DNA from: Minisyncoccota bacterium
GTDB taxonomy: Bacteria > Patescibacteriota > Minisyncoccia > UBA6257 > XYB1-36-10
Direction of reading: 5' to 3'
Assembly: GCA_041651415.1 (NCBI GenBank)
Contig: JBAZJH010000002.1
Location: 20,474-84,473, forward strand
Length of the DNA stretch: 64,000 nt
In this document: one piece after another, positions 27,158 through 36,082 of the stretch
Numbering within the stretch: position 1 is the first letter of the stretch
How the letters are laid out: each line of letters opens with the position of its first letter
Position numbers and translations under genes: made by a program
The notes under the pieces: model-generated
Told to the model about the DNA's origin: nothing
Seen by the model: the letters and a program-made list of their open reading frames with translations, nothing else
The model's database searches: none

Positions 27158-28462
27158 ATGAAAAAAGTAAAAATTGTAATCGGTACGGCGTTTCAAGACG
27201 CGGGTGATGCCACTCGGGCGATTGAGATTGCAAAAGGAATTAAAAAATATCAACCCAATGATATTGAAGCAAAAATTATTTTTCTATCTCACGGCAGCAG
27301 GTTTGAACAAAAAGTTCTTGATCTAGGATTTGAAGTTTATCAAACCGAGCCAAAATTGCCCGGCGTAGGTTTATATCAAGATATCGGGATGACTCCGGAG
27401 AGTTTTATTGGCGATAAAAATCTTGCCAAAGAAATGATAAAGGGTGAAATCAAAGCATATAAGGAATTGAAACCAGATATTGTGTTATACGGTTTTTGGC
27501 CAATGGCGGGACTAGCTCGTCGCATGGTAGAAAAAGAAATTCCCGGCATCTGTTTTATTCCGCTACCTCTTACTGAAGCTTTTTTGGATGTTATTCCAGA
27601 TGTGCCGGATCAAGTGAAATTTCTGGCAGTTTTTCCTTATAAAACCCGTTTGTGGATTTTCCGTCACATTCCGCATTTTATCAAGAGCAGAATTCCACTT
27701 ATCCGACAAAATAATATTCGCGAGGCTGCAGCTGAATTGGGTTGGAAGGGCGAACCTCTTTTGAATCTTTTTAATTTGCTCAAAGCCGATCTGACAATCG
27801 TAAATGATTTGCCGGATTATTATGACCAAAGCAAGTTTCCTAAAGACGTGATTTTCACCGGACCGTTATTTGCTAAAACAACAAACGAAGAACCAATAGA
27901 TCTTGAAATTCAAAAAGTTTTTGATCCGCAAAATGGAAAAATTAAAATATTCTGCACTTTAAGCAGTTCTGGTTCTAAAGAAATGCTTAAGGAAGTTATA
28001 AAAGTTTTTACTTATGGAGAAGGACTAAATTGGAACGCGGTTATTCTTTCTCCTCATTTTTCAATTGAAGAAGCTTATAAAATACTTGGCAAAAGAGAAG
28101 GTGTTTATATTACAGACAAATTTATTCCGGCTCAAAAAGTGAACGCTATGGCCGATATTGTGGTTTGCCATGGCGGACAAGGAACGGTGCAGACCGCAAT
28201 TCATTCCGGCACACCGCTCGTGGGAGTTGCCGCTCAGCAAGAACAATTCATCAATCTTTCCAATGTAGCTGCGCGTGGAGCCGGCGTTCGCATTCCGCGA
28301 GCAAAGTGGGATACAAAAAATATTCAAAAATCAGTCAGTAAAATAATTGCTGATAAAAGATATAGAGAAGCAATGTTAAAATTGAGAGAACGAATTAATT
28401 CAATGGACGGCGAAAAAAACGCAGCAGAAGCGATTTGGAAAAAGATAAAAGAACTATTTTAG
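27158..28462 (+). CDS. Family-1 glycosyltransferase (UDP-glycosyltransferase/MGT-like)
   Basis: C-terminal HGGQGT...GTP...QQEQFINL signature of GT1 (UGT/MurG-like) enzymes. Confidence 0.7.
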   Translation: MKKVKIVIGTAFQDAGDATRAIEIAKGIKKYQPNDIEAKIIFLSHGSRFEQKVLDLGFEVYQTEPKLPGVGLYQDIGMTPESFIGDKNLAKEMIKGEIKAYKELKPDIVLYGFWPMAGLARRMVEKEIPGICFIPLPLTEAFLDVIPDVPDQVKFLAVFPYKTRLWIFRHIPHFIKSRIPLIRQNNIREAAAELGWKGEPLLNLFNLLKADLTIVNDLPDYYDQSKFPKDVIFTGPLFAKTTNEEPIDLEIQKVFDPQNGKIKIFCTLSSSGSKEMLKEVIKVFTYGEGLNWNAVILSPHFSIEEAYKILGKREGVYITDKFIPAQKVNAMADIVVCHGGQGTVQTAIHSGTPLVGVAAQQEQFINLSNVAARGAGVRIPRAKWDTKNIQKSVSKIIADKRYREAMLKLRERINSMDGEKNAAEAIWKKIKELF

Positions 28463-28834
28463 ATAGCCTTTCACTTTTTCGGCGAATTCTTCAAGACTGA
28501 TTCCTTTTTTAATAAAATCAAAAGCGCCGGCTTCTTTGGCAAATTTTTCATCTATCTCCACTTTTTCAGGGTCGCTGAACGCCGTAAGAAAAACAATTTT
28601 GGTATTTTTTAATTGCGGGTCATCTTTCATTTCCAAAAACGCTTCCGCTCCATTCATCGCAGGCATTTTAAGGTCTAATAAAATCAGGTCGGGATTTTTT
28701 TCTTTGGCGATTTCTATCGCTTTTAACCCATCAGGAGCGGTAATCACTTCAAACCCGGCATTTTTTAAAACAGAACCATAAATCGTCAATATTTCTTCTT
28801 CGTCGTCAACCAAAAGAATCAATTTATTATTCAT
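28454..28834 (-). CDS. Response regulator receiver domain protein (single-domain, CheY-like)
   Basis: LLVDDEEEIL...LILLDLKMP...KIVFLTAF. Confidence 0.88.
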   Translation of the reverse strand: MNNKLILLVDDEEEILTIYGSVLKNAGFEVITAPDGLKAIEIAKEKNPDLILLDLKMPAMNGAEAFLEMKDDPQLKNTKIVFLTAFSDPEKVEIDEKFAKEAGAFDFIKKGISLEEFAEKVKGYLK

Positions 28835-28886
28835 TTTTTATAATTGTTTAATTTTAAATAACACTAAAATAGTTTGAAAAAACCAA

Positions 28887-30689
28887 TTAAGAAGCAAGAG
28901 GCAAAAAAACGCTGAAGGTGCTTCCCTTGCCCACTTCGCTTTTTTCCAGTTTTAAATCGCCATCCATGGATTTAGCCAACATTTTAGCAATATAAAGACC
29001 CAAACCGCTTCCGTATTCCTTGCTTTTTAAAAAAGTCTTTTTAATGGTACCAAATTTTTTGAAGATGAACAATTGATTTTCCGGAGAAATGCCGATTCCC
29101 GTATCCGAAACCGAAATTTTCGCGAAGTTTCCATATTTCTCCAACCCGATATTTATTCCTCCAGCTTCAGTATAGTAAATGGCATTGCTTATGACGTTAT
29201 TTAAAATCTGTCTGAATCTGTTTTGGTCGGCTGAGATGAACATCGATAAAGAAGATGGAAAATCAATCTTCAGAGAAAGATTTTTTTCTTTTGCCAGCTC
29301 TTGAAAATCTGCCACAATTTCTTGAGTTAATTTGTTAACATCAAATTGTTCTTTTTTGGCCGGAATTTTGCTTTCCTCCAAGAAGACAACATCAATAAAA
29401 TCATGCAGGATATCGAGAAGACGGATACTGTTTTTATGGATGCTGGAAAGCATAATTTTCAAAGAATCTTTTTCCAGCGCTTTTGTTTTAAGCGACTCCA
29501 AAATCAATTCCGCGTTTCCTCTGATGATAGTGAGAGGCGTTCGCATTTCGTGAGAAGCTATGGCAATAAAATTATTTTTAGCCTGGTCCAGCATTTTTTG
29601 TTCGGTAATATCCTCAAAAAGAAAGATTGTTCCGATTATTTCATTTTGATTATGAAAAACATAAATAGGAGTCAAGATTATTTGAAAGTATCTCTCATTA
29701 AAAAGAATTTCTTTGATGATAATCGGCTTCTTTTCCAAAATAATTTTTTCATATTCTTTTTGCAGGTCAAGTTTATCTTCCAACTTTTGCGAAATATACT
29801 GCAGAGCAGAACTTTCAGAAGGAAGGCCGAAGATTTTTTTCAGCATCGGGTTGACAATAACCGTATTATCAAAGAGGTCAACAATCATAAATCCGAGAGG
29901 CAAATTATCAATGGAAGAAATAAGGCGCGATTGTTCTTTCTTTAATTTTTCATAAGATTCCTTCAATCTCAAAGCCATAACATTAAATCCAATCGCCAGA
30001 CTGCCCAATTCATCTCCGGAAAATATTTTAACTTTTTCATCCAAGTTGCCTTTGCTTAGGAGTTCAACGCCTTTTTTTATTTCCAAGACAGGCCGGATGA
30101 CAATTCTTCTCAAATAAAAAGCGAGAAAGAGAAAACAAAGAAAAGTTGTCGTTATGTAGATTATAATCAAATTTTTTAACGCTGAATTTATCTGTTCTTC
30201 CATATTCTCCAGAGTAAAATAGATTTGAACAGTCCCGATTATCTGTCCGGACACATGGATGGGCGCCGTTAATTCCATAGTTTGCAGCGTGTTTGTTTTT
30301 ATTATTTCATTGATTATTATATTTTCGTTAAAAGACCGGTAGTCGTTATCGCTTGTGACAATTTGATTAATTCTAGCTTGGTTATTAGAAATAAAAGTTA
30401 TAAGATTTTTTCCTTCAGAAAGATTGAAGGCGATATCAATAATGTCCGGGTCCAGCCAAATATGCTTTTGGATAATGGATAATAATTTTTCTTTTTTTAA
30501 ATCTTTTTTATTGGAGATATTCGATTCCAAAGAATAAGCCGTGGCTTTGGCCCGGTTTAAAAAAGCGGTCGTAAGGTCGTCATTGTAGATTTTTAAACTA
30601 GCGTACGACAAAATCGCCGAAAAAATAAAAAAGATCAAAAAAACAATACTTATTATTTTTATTGACAGATTTATTTTCATAATCAGCAA
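28887..30689 (-). CDS. Sensor histidine kinase (TM, PAS-like, HisKA, HATPase)
   Basis: H-box IASHEMRTPLT and a C-terminal ATPase with GSGLGLYIAK. Confidence 0.88.
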   Translation of the reverse strand: MLIMKINLSIKIISIVFLIFFIFSAILSYASLKIYNDDLTTAFLNRAKATAYSLESNISNKKDLKKEKLLSIIQKHIWLDPDIIDIAFNLSEGKNLITFISNNQARINQIVTSDNDYRSFNENIIINEIIKTNTLQTMELTAPIHVSGQIIGTVQIYFTLENMEEQINSALKNLIIIYITTTFLCFLFLAFYLRRIVIRPVLEIKKGVELLSKGNLDEKVKIFSGDELGSLAIGFNVMALRLKESYEKLKKEQSRLISSIDNLPLGFMIVDLFDNTVIVNPMLKKIFGLPSESSALQYISQKLEDKLDLQKEYEKIILEKKPIIIKEILFNERYFQIILTPIYVFHNQNEIIGTIFLFEDITEQKMLDQAKNNFIAIASHEMRTPLTIIRGNAELILESLKTKALEKDSLKIMLSSIHKNSIRLLDILHDFIDVVFLEESKIPAKKEQFDVNKLTQEIVADFQELAKEKNLSLKIDFPSSLSMFISADQNRFRQILNNVISNAIYYTEAGGINIGLEKYGNFAKISVSDTGIGISPENQLFIFKKFGTIKKTFLKSKEYGSGLGLYIAKMLAKSMDGDLKLEKSEVGKGSTFSVFLPLAS

Positions 30690-30708
30690 GGCACTGATTT
30701 TTGCATTT

Positions 30709-31497
30709 TTACTTTATCCATTTTTCTATTAATTGATTCAATTCTCCACTCCTTTTCATCTCTCTCAATACTTTATTCACCTCTTCAATCAATAAGTGGT
30801 TTTCCAATCTTGTTATTATTCCATAATATTCCTGAGTAAAAGGATCTCCTATAATTTTCAGAGAAGGATTGTTTTTAACAACAAAAGTAGCGGCAACGTA
30901 ATCCATTACAACGGCGTCAGATGTTTTGTTTAAAAGGCTTTGCACGGTTAAAGAATCACTCCTGAAAGTTGAAAGCAGTTCGGGGTCGACAAACTCCAAA
31001 GCAGCTTTTTCACAAGTGCTATCCTTAAGAACGCTAACTTTTTTTCCTTTTAAATCTTCAGGGAAAAGAATGTCATCCGTATCACTTCTGACAATGATAG
31101 ATTGTCCGCCATTAAAGTAAGGAATACTAAATAATATTTCTTTCTGCCTTTCAGTTGTAATAGTAACCGAAGATATGGCTAAATCCACTTCTCCTTTTTT
31201 GACCACAAGAAAGAGATCGTCCCAATTGTATTCTTTCAAATTTAAAGTTATTCCCAGTTTATCAGCTATTCTTTTTATAATATCAATATCAAGACCGGCA
31301 AAATTGCCGGATTTATCTAGATATTCCATAGGCTCGTATTCGGAGTTAGTCGCGACCACCAAACCATTTTCTTTATTAATATTCAGCAGCAAATAATCCA
31401 CTTCTCCTCTTTGTTCACTAGTAATTAAATATTCATAACCAATGAAGCCGGCTATTAATATAATTATTATTCCTCCGAAAACGGCAAAATTTTTCAT
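30709..31497 (-). CDS. Periplasmic/extracellular solute-binding protein (family 3, amino-acid type)
   Basis: Signal anchor followed by an SBP_bac_3-like sequence (LVVATNSEYEPMEY...GLDIDI...); adjacent to the two-component system. Confidence 0.82.
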   Translation of the reverse strand: MKNFAVFGGIIIILIAGFIGYEYLITSEQRGEVDYLLLNINKENGLVVATNSEYEPMEYLDKSGNFAGLDIDIIKRIADKLGITLNLKEYNWDDLFLVVKKGEVDLAISSVTITTERQKEILFSIPYFNGGQSIIVRSDTDDILFPEDLKGKKVSVLKDSTCEKAALEFVDPELLSTFRSDSLTVQSLLNKTSDAVVMDYVAATFVVKNNPSLKIIGDPFTQEYYGIITRLENHLLIEEVNKVLREMKRSGELNQLIEKWIK

Positions 31498-31623
31498 ATT
31501 TTTTTAATGAACACATACGCAGTTTCCCCGCTCTTTTTTATAATATTTTACCATTTATTTTATTTTTGATGAAACTCCACAAGTTGACGCGCGGGGTTCT
31601 CGTAAAAATTCAATAAATAAATC

Positions 31624-32274
31624 TTGTTTAAGATAATCCATTACCTTATGCTTAAGGCAATGGATTTTTATAATGCTTTTATTTTTTGGCTGGAACATCA
31701 TGAAAGTTTCGGATATTTGGCGGTTTTTTTAATTTCAGCGGCAGAATCAATGGCTTTTGTGGGACTTTTAATTCCGGGAGGAAATCTGGCAATCGGCATG
31801 GGAGTTTTGACGTCTTACGGATTTTTCGGATTTTGGAGAATGATTTTATTATCAACTATCGGAGCAATTGTCGGAGACGTCATAAGCTTTTATTTAGGAA
31901 AATGGGTAAAAAGATTTTTTAAAAAAGGAAGCAAGATATTAAAGCTGAATTATTTGGAAATAGGAGAAAAATTTTTCATAAGACACGGAGGGAAAAGCGT
32001 TTTTATAGGAAGATTTGTGGGGCCAATGAGGCCGGTTATTCCATTTGTCGCCGGAATGTTTTCAATGAGATTTTGGAAATTTATGTTTTATAACGCCACC
32101 AGCGCTTTTTTGTGGTCGTTACTATTTTTGACCAGCGGATTTTTGGGCGGAGAGTGGTGGAAAAAATTAGAAAGCTTAACAATGAAAATGCTGCTTTTTG
32201 TTTTGCCGACAGTGTTTATTCTGATAGCAATGTGGCTGGCAAGAGAAAGAAAACAAAAAAAAGAGACGAAATAA
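31624..32274 (+). CDS. DedA/VTT-domain membrane protein
   Basis: Conserved DedA layout with amphipathic re-entrant helices. Confidence 0.65.
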   Translation: MFKIIHYLMLKAMDFYNAFIFWLEHHESFGYLAVFLISAAESMAFVGLLIPGGNLAIGMGVLTSYGFFGFWRMILLSTIGAIVGDVISFYLGKWVKRFFKKGSKILKLNYLEIGEKFFIRHGGKSVFIGRFVGPMRPVIPFVAGMFSMRFWKFMFYNATSAFLWSLLFLTSGFLGGEWWKKLESLTMKMLLFVLPTVFILIAMWLARERKQKKETK

Positions 32275-32301
32275 ACCGCCTCTTTTTTTTGTTTTGCTTT
32301 T

Positions 32302-32934
32302 TTACTTATTGATTTTATCCTCTTGATGGAAAAAGCGACCACCGCCAAAACCCATTCCCATTCCATTTTTCAATCCCAGTTCCTCAAAAATGGCTTTAGC
32401 TTCATCAGGCTTTCCCTCACTTAGAAGCTTGTGAGCCTCGGCAAAACGGGAAAAGTTTTGTTCATTGATAGTTTCCGTTATCTTCTGCCCTTCAACCAAA
32501 GTTTTCCAAGCGGAATAATCTTTATTTTCTAGAGCTTTTTCGATAGCAGCGCGGTCTTCAGAATTTTTTCCGTCTTTCGGAGGCGCTAATCTTCCCATAA
32601 AAACGCCGAAACCATGCCCATCAACGCCAAGTTCTTTTAAAACCGCCTGGCCTTCTTTGATTTTCAACAAAGCTTCAGCATACTTCACAAAATTTTGTTC
32701 ATTGATAGTTTCCGTTATCTTCTGCCCTTCAACCAAAGTTTTCCAAGCGGAATAATCTTTATTTTCTAGAGCTTTTTCGATGGCGTCGATTTTAGTCTGG
32801 TCAAAGACCGGACGAGAAGCAGAGTTTTCGTTTCCGCCATTTTTATTTTCCGCAAAAACCTGCGGAAGAGCAAAAGCGGAAACAACCAAGAAACTTGCGC
32901 CCAGAGTAGTTAAAACTTCTTTCTTATTCATCAT
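32302..32934 (-). CDS. Secreted protein with an internally duplicated 79-aa domain
   Basis: Signal peptide; two in-frame copies share an 89-nt block that is 100 percent identical at the DNA level (32456-32544 and 32693-32781). Confidence 0.6.
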   Translation of the reverse strand: MMNKKEVLTTLGASFLVVSAFALPQVFAENKNGGNENSASRPVFDQTKIDAIEKALENKDYSAWKTLVEGQKITETINEQNFVKYAEALLKIKEGQAVLKELGVDGHGFGVFMGRLAPPKDGKNSEDRAAIEKALENKDYSAWKTLVEGQKITETINEQNFSRFAEAHKLLSEGKPDEAKAIFEELGLKNGMGMGFGGGRFFHQEDKINK

Positions 32935-33017
32935 TTATTTTTTACCGTTAATTATTAATTTTAATAAACCAGAACGTTCTTAATCATTAATACGCAAAGT
33001 AAAAAAAAATCTGTCAT

Positions 33018-33782
33018 TTATTTTTTGAGAGGCGGAAAAGGTTTTGGAAAATCAGAAGGATGCATCAGTTTTATGGGCGCAAACGGCGAACCTATTTTTC
33101 CCGGTCTGATTTCTTCAGCGGAAAAAGAAGAGGGTCCGGTTTGATTGCCAATAAAACGAGCGGGGAAATTGACGGATAAGCCTTCTGCATTTCCTTCCAG
33201 CCCTTCAAGGTCAACCTCCCAAAGACGGCGGCTTCTATCCATAACCGAGGCTTTGTTTTTTTCCAAGTCCAAAGAAACAATCATGCCGCCAAGAAGGCCC
33301 TTTTCGGGGTTTTCCCAGACATTGCGGTGAGAACCGGCAACTTCTCCGTAGAGAGGATATTTTTCAAAGAGAGCGTCATCCAAGTATTTGCCGACATTGG
33401 CGTAAGAAAGAAGGCCGCCGATGAAAACGCTTGCGATTATGCTTAAACCAACAATAAGAGACGGAGAGAGACGATAGCCATGTTTGGTGTGGCGGAAATT
33501 CAAAATAGCGAGAAGAAGAAAAAGAAAAACAGCAACCAGCCAAAAACGAGGAAGAATGAAAAGGGCGAAGCCGAGAAAGCTTTGATTGAGGCGAGGAAAA
33601 ATATCCCAGTCGCTTTCCCGCATCACAAATAAAACAACGCTAAAAGAAAGACTGCCAAGAAAAATAGTCAAACCAAAAGCTCCCCAATAGACCCAATTTT
33701 TCAAAAGGAATTTCCATTTTGGTTCCGGGGATATTTTTTCTTCTTTTATTTGCTCAAGAGCTTTTTTAGCGATATCAGACAT
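33018..33782 (-). CDS. Putative membrane anti-sigma factor
   Basis: Overlaps the stop of the ECF sigma gene by 8 nt; N-terminal cytoplasmic segment, TM helices and a C-terminal extracytoplasmic domain. Confidence 0.5.
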   Translation of the reverse strand: MSDIAKKALEQIKEEKISPEPKWKFLLKNWVYWGAFGLTIFLGSLSFSVVLFVMRESDWDIFPRLNQSFLGFALFILPRFWLVAVFLFLLLAILNFRHTKHGYRLSPSLIVGLSIIASVFIGGLLSYANVGKYLDDALFEKYPLYGEVAGSHRNVWENPEKGLLGGMIVSLDLEKNKASVMDRSRRLWEVDLEGLEGNAEGLSVNFPARFIGNQTGPSSFSAEEIRPGKIGSPFAPIKLMHPSDFPKPFPPLKK

Positions 33783-34344
33783 GGTTTTCTTCTATTATTT
33801 TTTTAAATTGTTTTTTGGCGCGATTAATCAAGGTAGCGACCGTGCCGACCGGCTTTTTAACAATGTCGGAAATTTCTTCATAGCTTTTGTCTTCCAGAAA
33901 TTTTAAGACAAGCACTTCGCGATATTTTTCTTCAAGATTTTTCAGAACCGATTCTATTTTTTCCTTGGAATATTTCCGGTCGACTTCTTTTTCAAGATTG
34001 ATGTCGGAAGAAATTTTTTCAAATTCTTCGTCGGAGAGATAAGAATTTTGTCCGGATTTTGATTTCGCTTTCCTTAAAAAAGAAACAGCTTCATTATGGA
34101 CAATGCGATAAGCCCAAGAAGAAAATTTAAAAGAATAATCAAATTCGTTGAGATTCTTATAAATTTTCAAAAAAGATTCCTGAAGAACATCTTCCGCATC
34201 CTCGCGAGAAAAAGAAAAAGTCCGAAAAAGATAACGAAGAAGCTTGTCTTCAAAACGGCTTAAAAGGCAATAAAAAAATTCCTGGTCCTTCAAAGACAGG
34301 GAGACAAGCTCTTCGTCAGTTCTATTCTCGCATTTTTGAAGCAT
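33775..34344 (-). CDS. ECF-type RNA polymerase sigma-70 factor
   Basis: Region 2 (DVLQESFLKIYKN ... WAYRIVHNEAVSFLR) and region 4 (VLVLKFLEDKSYEEISDIVKKPVGTVATLINRAKKQ). Confidence 0.85.
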   Translation of the reverse strand: MLQKCENRTDEELVSLSLKDQEFFYCLLSRFEDKLLRYLFRTFSFSREDAEDVLQESFLKIYKNLNEFDYSFKFSSWAYRIVHNEAVSFLRKAKSKSGQNSYLSDEEFEKISSDINLEKEVDRKYSKEKIESVLKNLEEKYREVLVLKFLEDKSYEEISDIVKKPVGTVATLINRAKKQFKKIIEENHV

Positions 34345-34392
34345 TACTAAAGCTTTTTTAAGCTTACTATATTATATACGAAAGAAAAGGAC

Positions 34393-35628
34393 TTATTTAT
34401 TCAATCGGTCGCGCAGATGGCGGTGATAAGAGACGGCAAAACGATGCGCTTCGTCGCGAAGGAGGATAAGGGTTTTTTTAAGAGCAGAAACTTCGGAAAC
34501 CAATTTTTTCTCGGAAAAACCAAAAATAAGACGATTATTTTTGCGATTTTTTCCTTTGGCGATTCCGATTACCGGAATATTGATTTTTAAACCGCTTAAA
34601 ACTTTTTTAGCGGCATTAACCTGCCCCAAGCCGCCGTCAATCAAAATGAGGTCGGGATAAGGCCAAGAATTGTTAAAACGGCGGGAAAGAATTTCAGAAA
34701 TCATGCCGGTGTCGTTTATCTGATTCAGCGAACGAATCTTAAATTTGCGGTATTCGTTTTTAGCCGGTTTCAAATCTTCAAGAACAACCATACTGCCGAC
34801 CGCAGAAGTGCCGCTAATATTGGAAATATCATAACCTTCCAGGCGGGAGAATTTATTTTCTTTTTTGGAAAAATCGGAAAAATCCTCGTTTTCAAGAAGA
34901 GCGACATCTTCTATGTGTCCAAGTTTTTTTATTTTATTCCTTAAGGAAGCGGCTTCTTCAAATTTTTCCCGCAGAGACAAAAGAGCCATTTCTTTTTTAA
35001 GTTTTTTCAAAAGGGCCGGTTTTTGGCCGCGAAAAAGAAGACGGATATTATTGATGGTTTTTTTATATTCGGAAGAAGATATTTTTCCGGCGCAAATTCC
35101 CGGGCAGCGGCCGATCTGAAAATAAAAACAAGGTTTTTTGGCATTCGGCTCGCAATTGCTCCAAGGAAAAATTTTACGGACGATATTCAAGATAGTTTCA
35201 AGATTTTTTTTACTGGTAAAAGGGCCAAAGATTTCTAGAAAATCGGAAAATTGATATTCGGTTTTCAGTTCCAAACCGCGAATTAAAAGGAGTTTAGGAA
35301 ATTTATTCTTGGAAATAGCGAGATAAGTCCAGCTTTTGTCGCTTTTCTCTTTGATATTAAATTTGGGTTGGATTTCTTTAATAAGCTTGGCTTCCAGAAT
35401 AGTCGCTTCCAGAATGGAATCGGCAGATTTAAAATCTATAGAAAAAATTTCAGAAACAAGTTTTTCCAAACGAGAATCGTGAGCTTTATGAAAATAAGAA
35501 GACACCCGCTTTTTTAGGGAAGTGGCTTTGCCGACATAGATAACTTCTCCCTTTTTATTTTTCATCAAATAAACACCAGGAGAGTCGGGTAATGGTTTTT
35601 TCAGTTTTATATTTTCCGGAAGAAGCAT
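34393..35628 (-). CDS. uvrC: Excinuclease ABC subunit C (short form lacking the C-terminal HhH domain)
   Basis: GIY-YIG N-terminus (PGVYLMKNKKGEVIYVGKATSLKKRVSSYF), UvrBC-interacting region, and endonuclease domain with ILIDGGLGQ. Confidence 0.85.
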   Translation of the reverse strand: MLLPENIKLKKPLPDSPGVYLMKNKKGEVIYVGKATSLKKRVSSYFHKAHDSRLEKLVSEIFSIDFKSADSILEATILEAKLIKEIQPKFNIKEKSDKSWTYLAISKNKFPKLLLIRGLELKTEYQFSDFLEIFGPFTSKKNLETILNIVRKIFPWSNCEPNAKKPCFYFQIGRCPGICAGKISSSEYKKTINNIRLLFRGQKPALLKKLKKEMALLSLREKFEEAASLRNKIKKLGHIEDVALLENEDFSDFSKKENKFSRLEGYDISNISGTSAVGSMVVLEDLKPAKNEYRKFKIRSLNQINDTGMISEILSRRFNNSWPYPDLILIDGGLGQVNAAKKVLSGLKINIPVIGIAKGKNRKNNRLIFGFSEKKLVSEVSALKKTLILLRDEAHRFAVSYHRHLRDRLNK

Positions 35629-35680
35629 TTGTTTAATAATACAATTCTATTTTATTAAATGAAGCCGCGCAGATTTTGAG

Positions 35681-35770
35681 TTTACCCCGACCAAAGTCGG
35701 GGTTTATTAAATCTTAGCCGCAAAAATCTCGCGACAAAGCGCGGGTTTTTCGCGGAGATTTAATAAAAAA
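35681..35770 (+). repeat. Composite structured repeat E, copy 2
   Basis: ccccgaccaaagtcgggg hairpin + tttattaaatcttagccgc + variable hairpin + gagatttaataaaaaaa; the homolog of 9245-9338. Confidence 0.6.
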
Positions 35771-35798
35771 ACCCGAAGAGGGTTTTAAAAATGAGGCA

Positions 35799-35838
35799 GG
35801 GGGAGAAGGAAAAAATTTTCCTTCTCCCCCGCTTTTTT
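35799..35838 (+). terminator. Strong orphan hairpin-terminator (gggggagaagg / ccttctccccc + T-run)
   Basis: 11-bp perfect GC-rich stem followed by gcttttttg; no plus-strand CDS upstream; lies inside a 430-bp hairpin-dense, GC-richer non-coding stretch. Confidence 0.55.
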
Positions 35839-36082
35839 GTTTCGGAGCGCGCGTTCTCCGAAACGGCGGTTCCGACGTGAGACAAAAATCCCGGGCCGGA
35901 AACGAACAACGCCCCTTGGCGGTTCTCCGCCCCGCGGCAGAAAGCAAAAATCAGGCCAAGAAAACCGTTCGCCGGAGCTTTTGCCGCAAAATCAAAGTGC
36001 TATAAACACTTGAAAAAAAGAATAAACCAAGATGATTTTTTTATCAACCCCGTTAGAAAATATTTTCTAACGGGGCAAAAAA

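Noticed and set aside
29346-29945. 199-aa plus-strand ORF
   Set aside because: Antisense to the histidine kinase gene
35714-35947. 77-aa minus-strand ORF
   Set aside because: Arg/Pro-rich translation of a GC-rich hairpin region; treated as non-coding structured sequence
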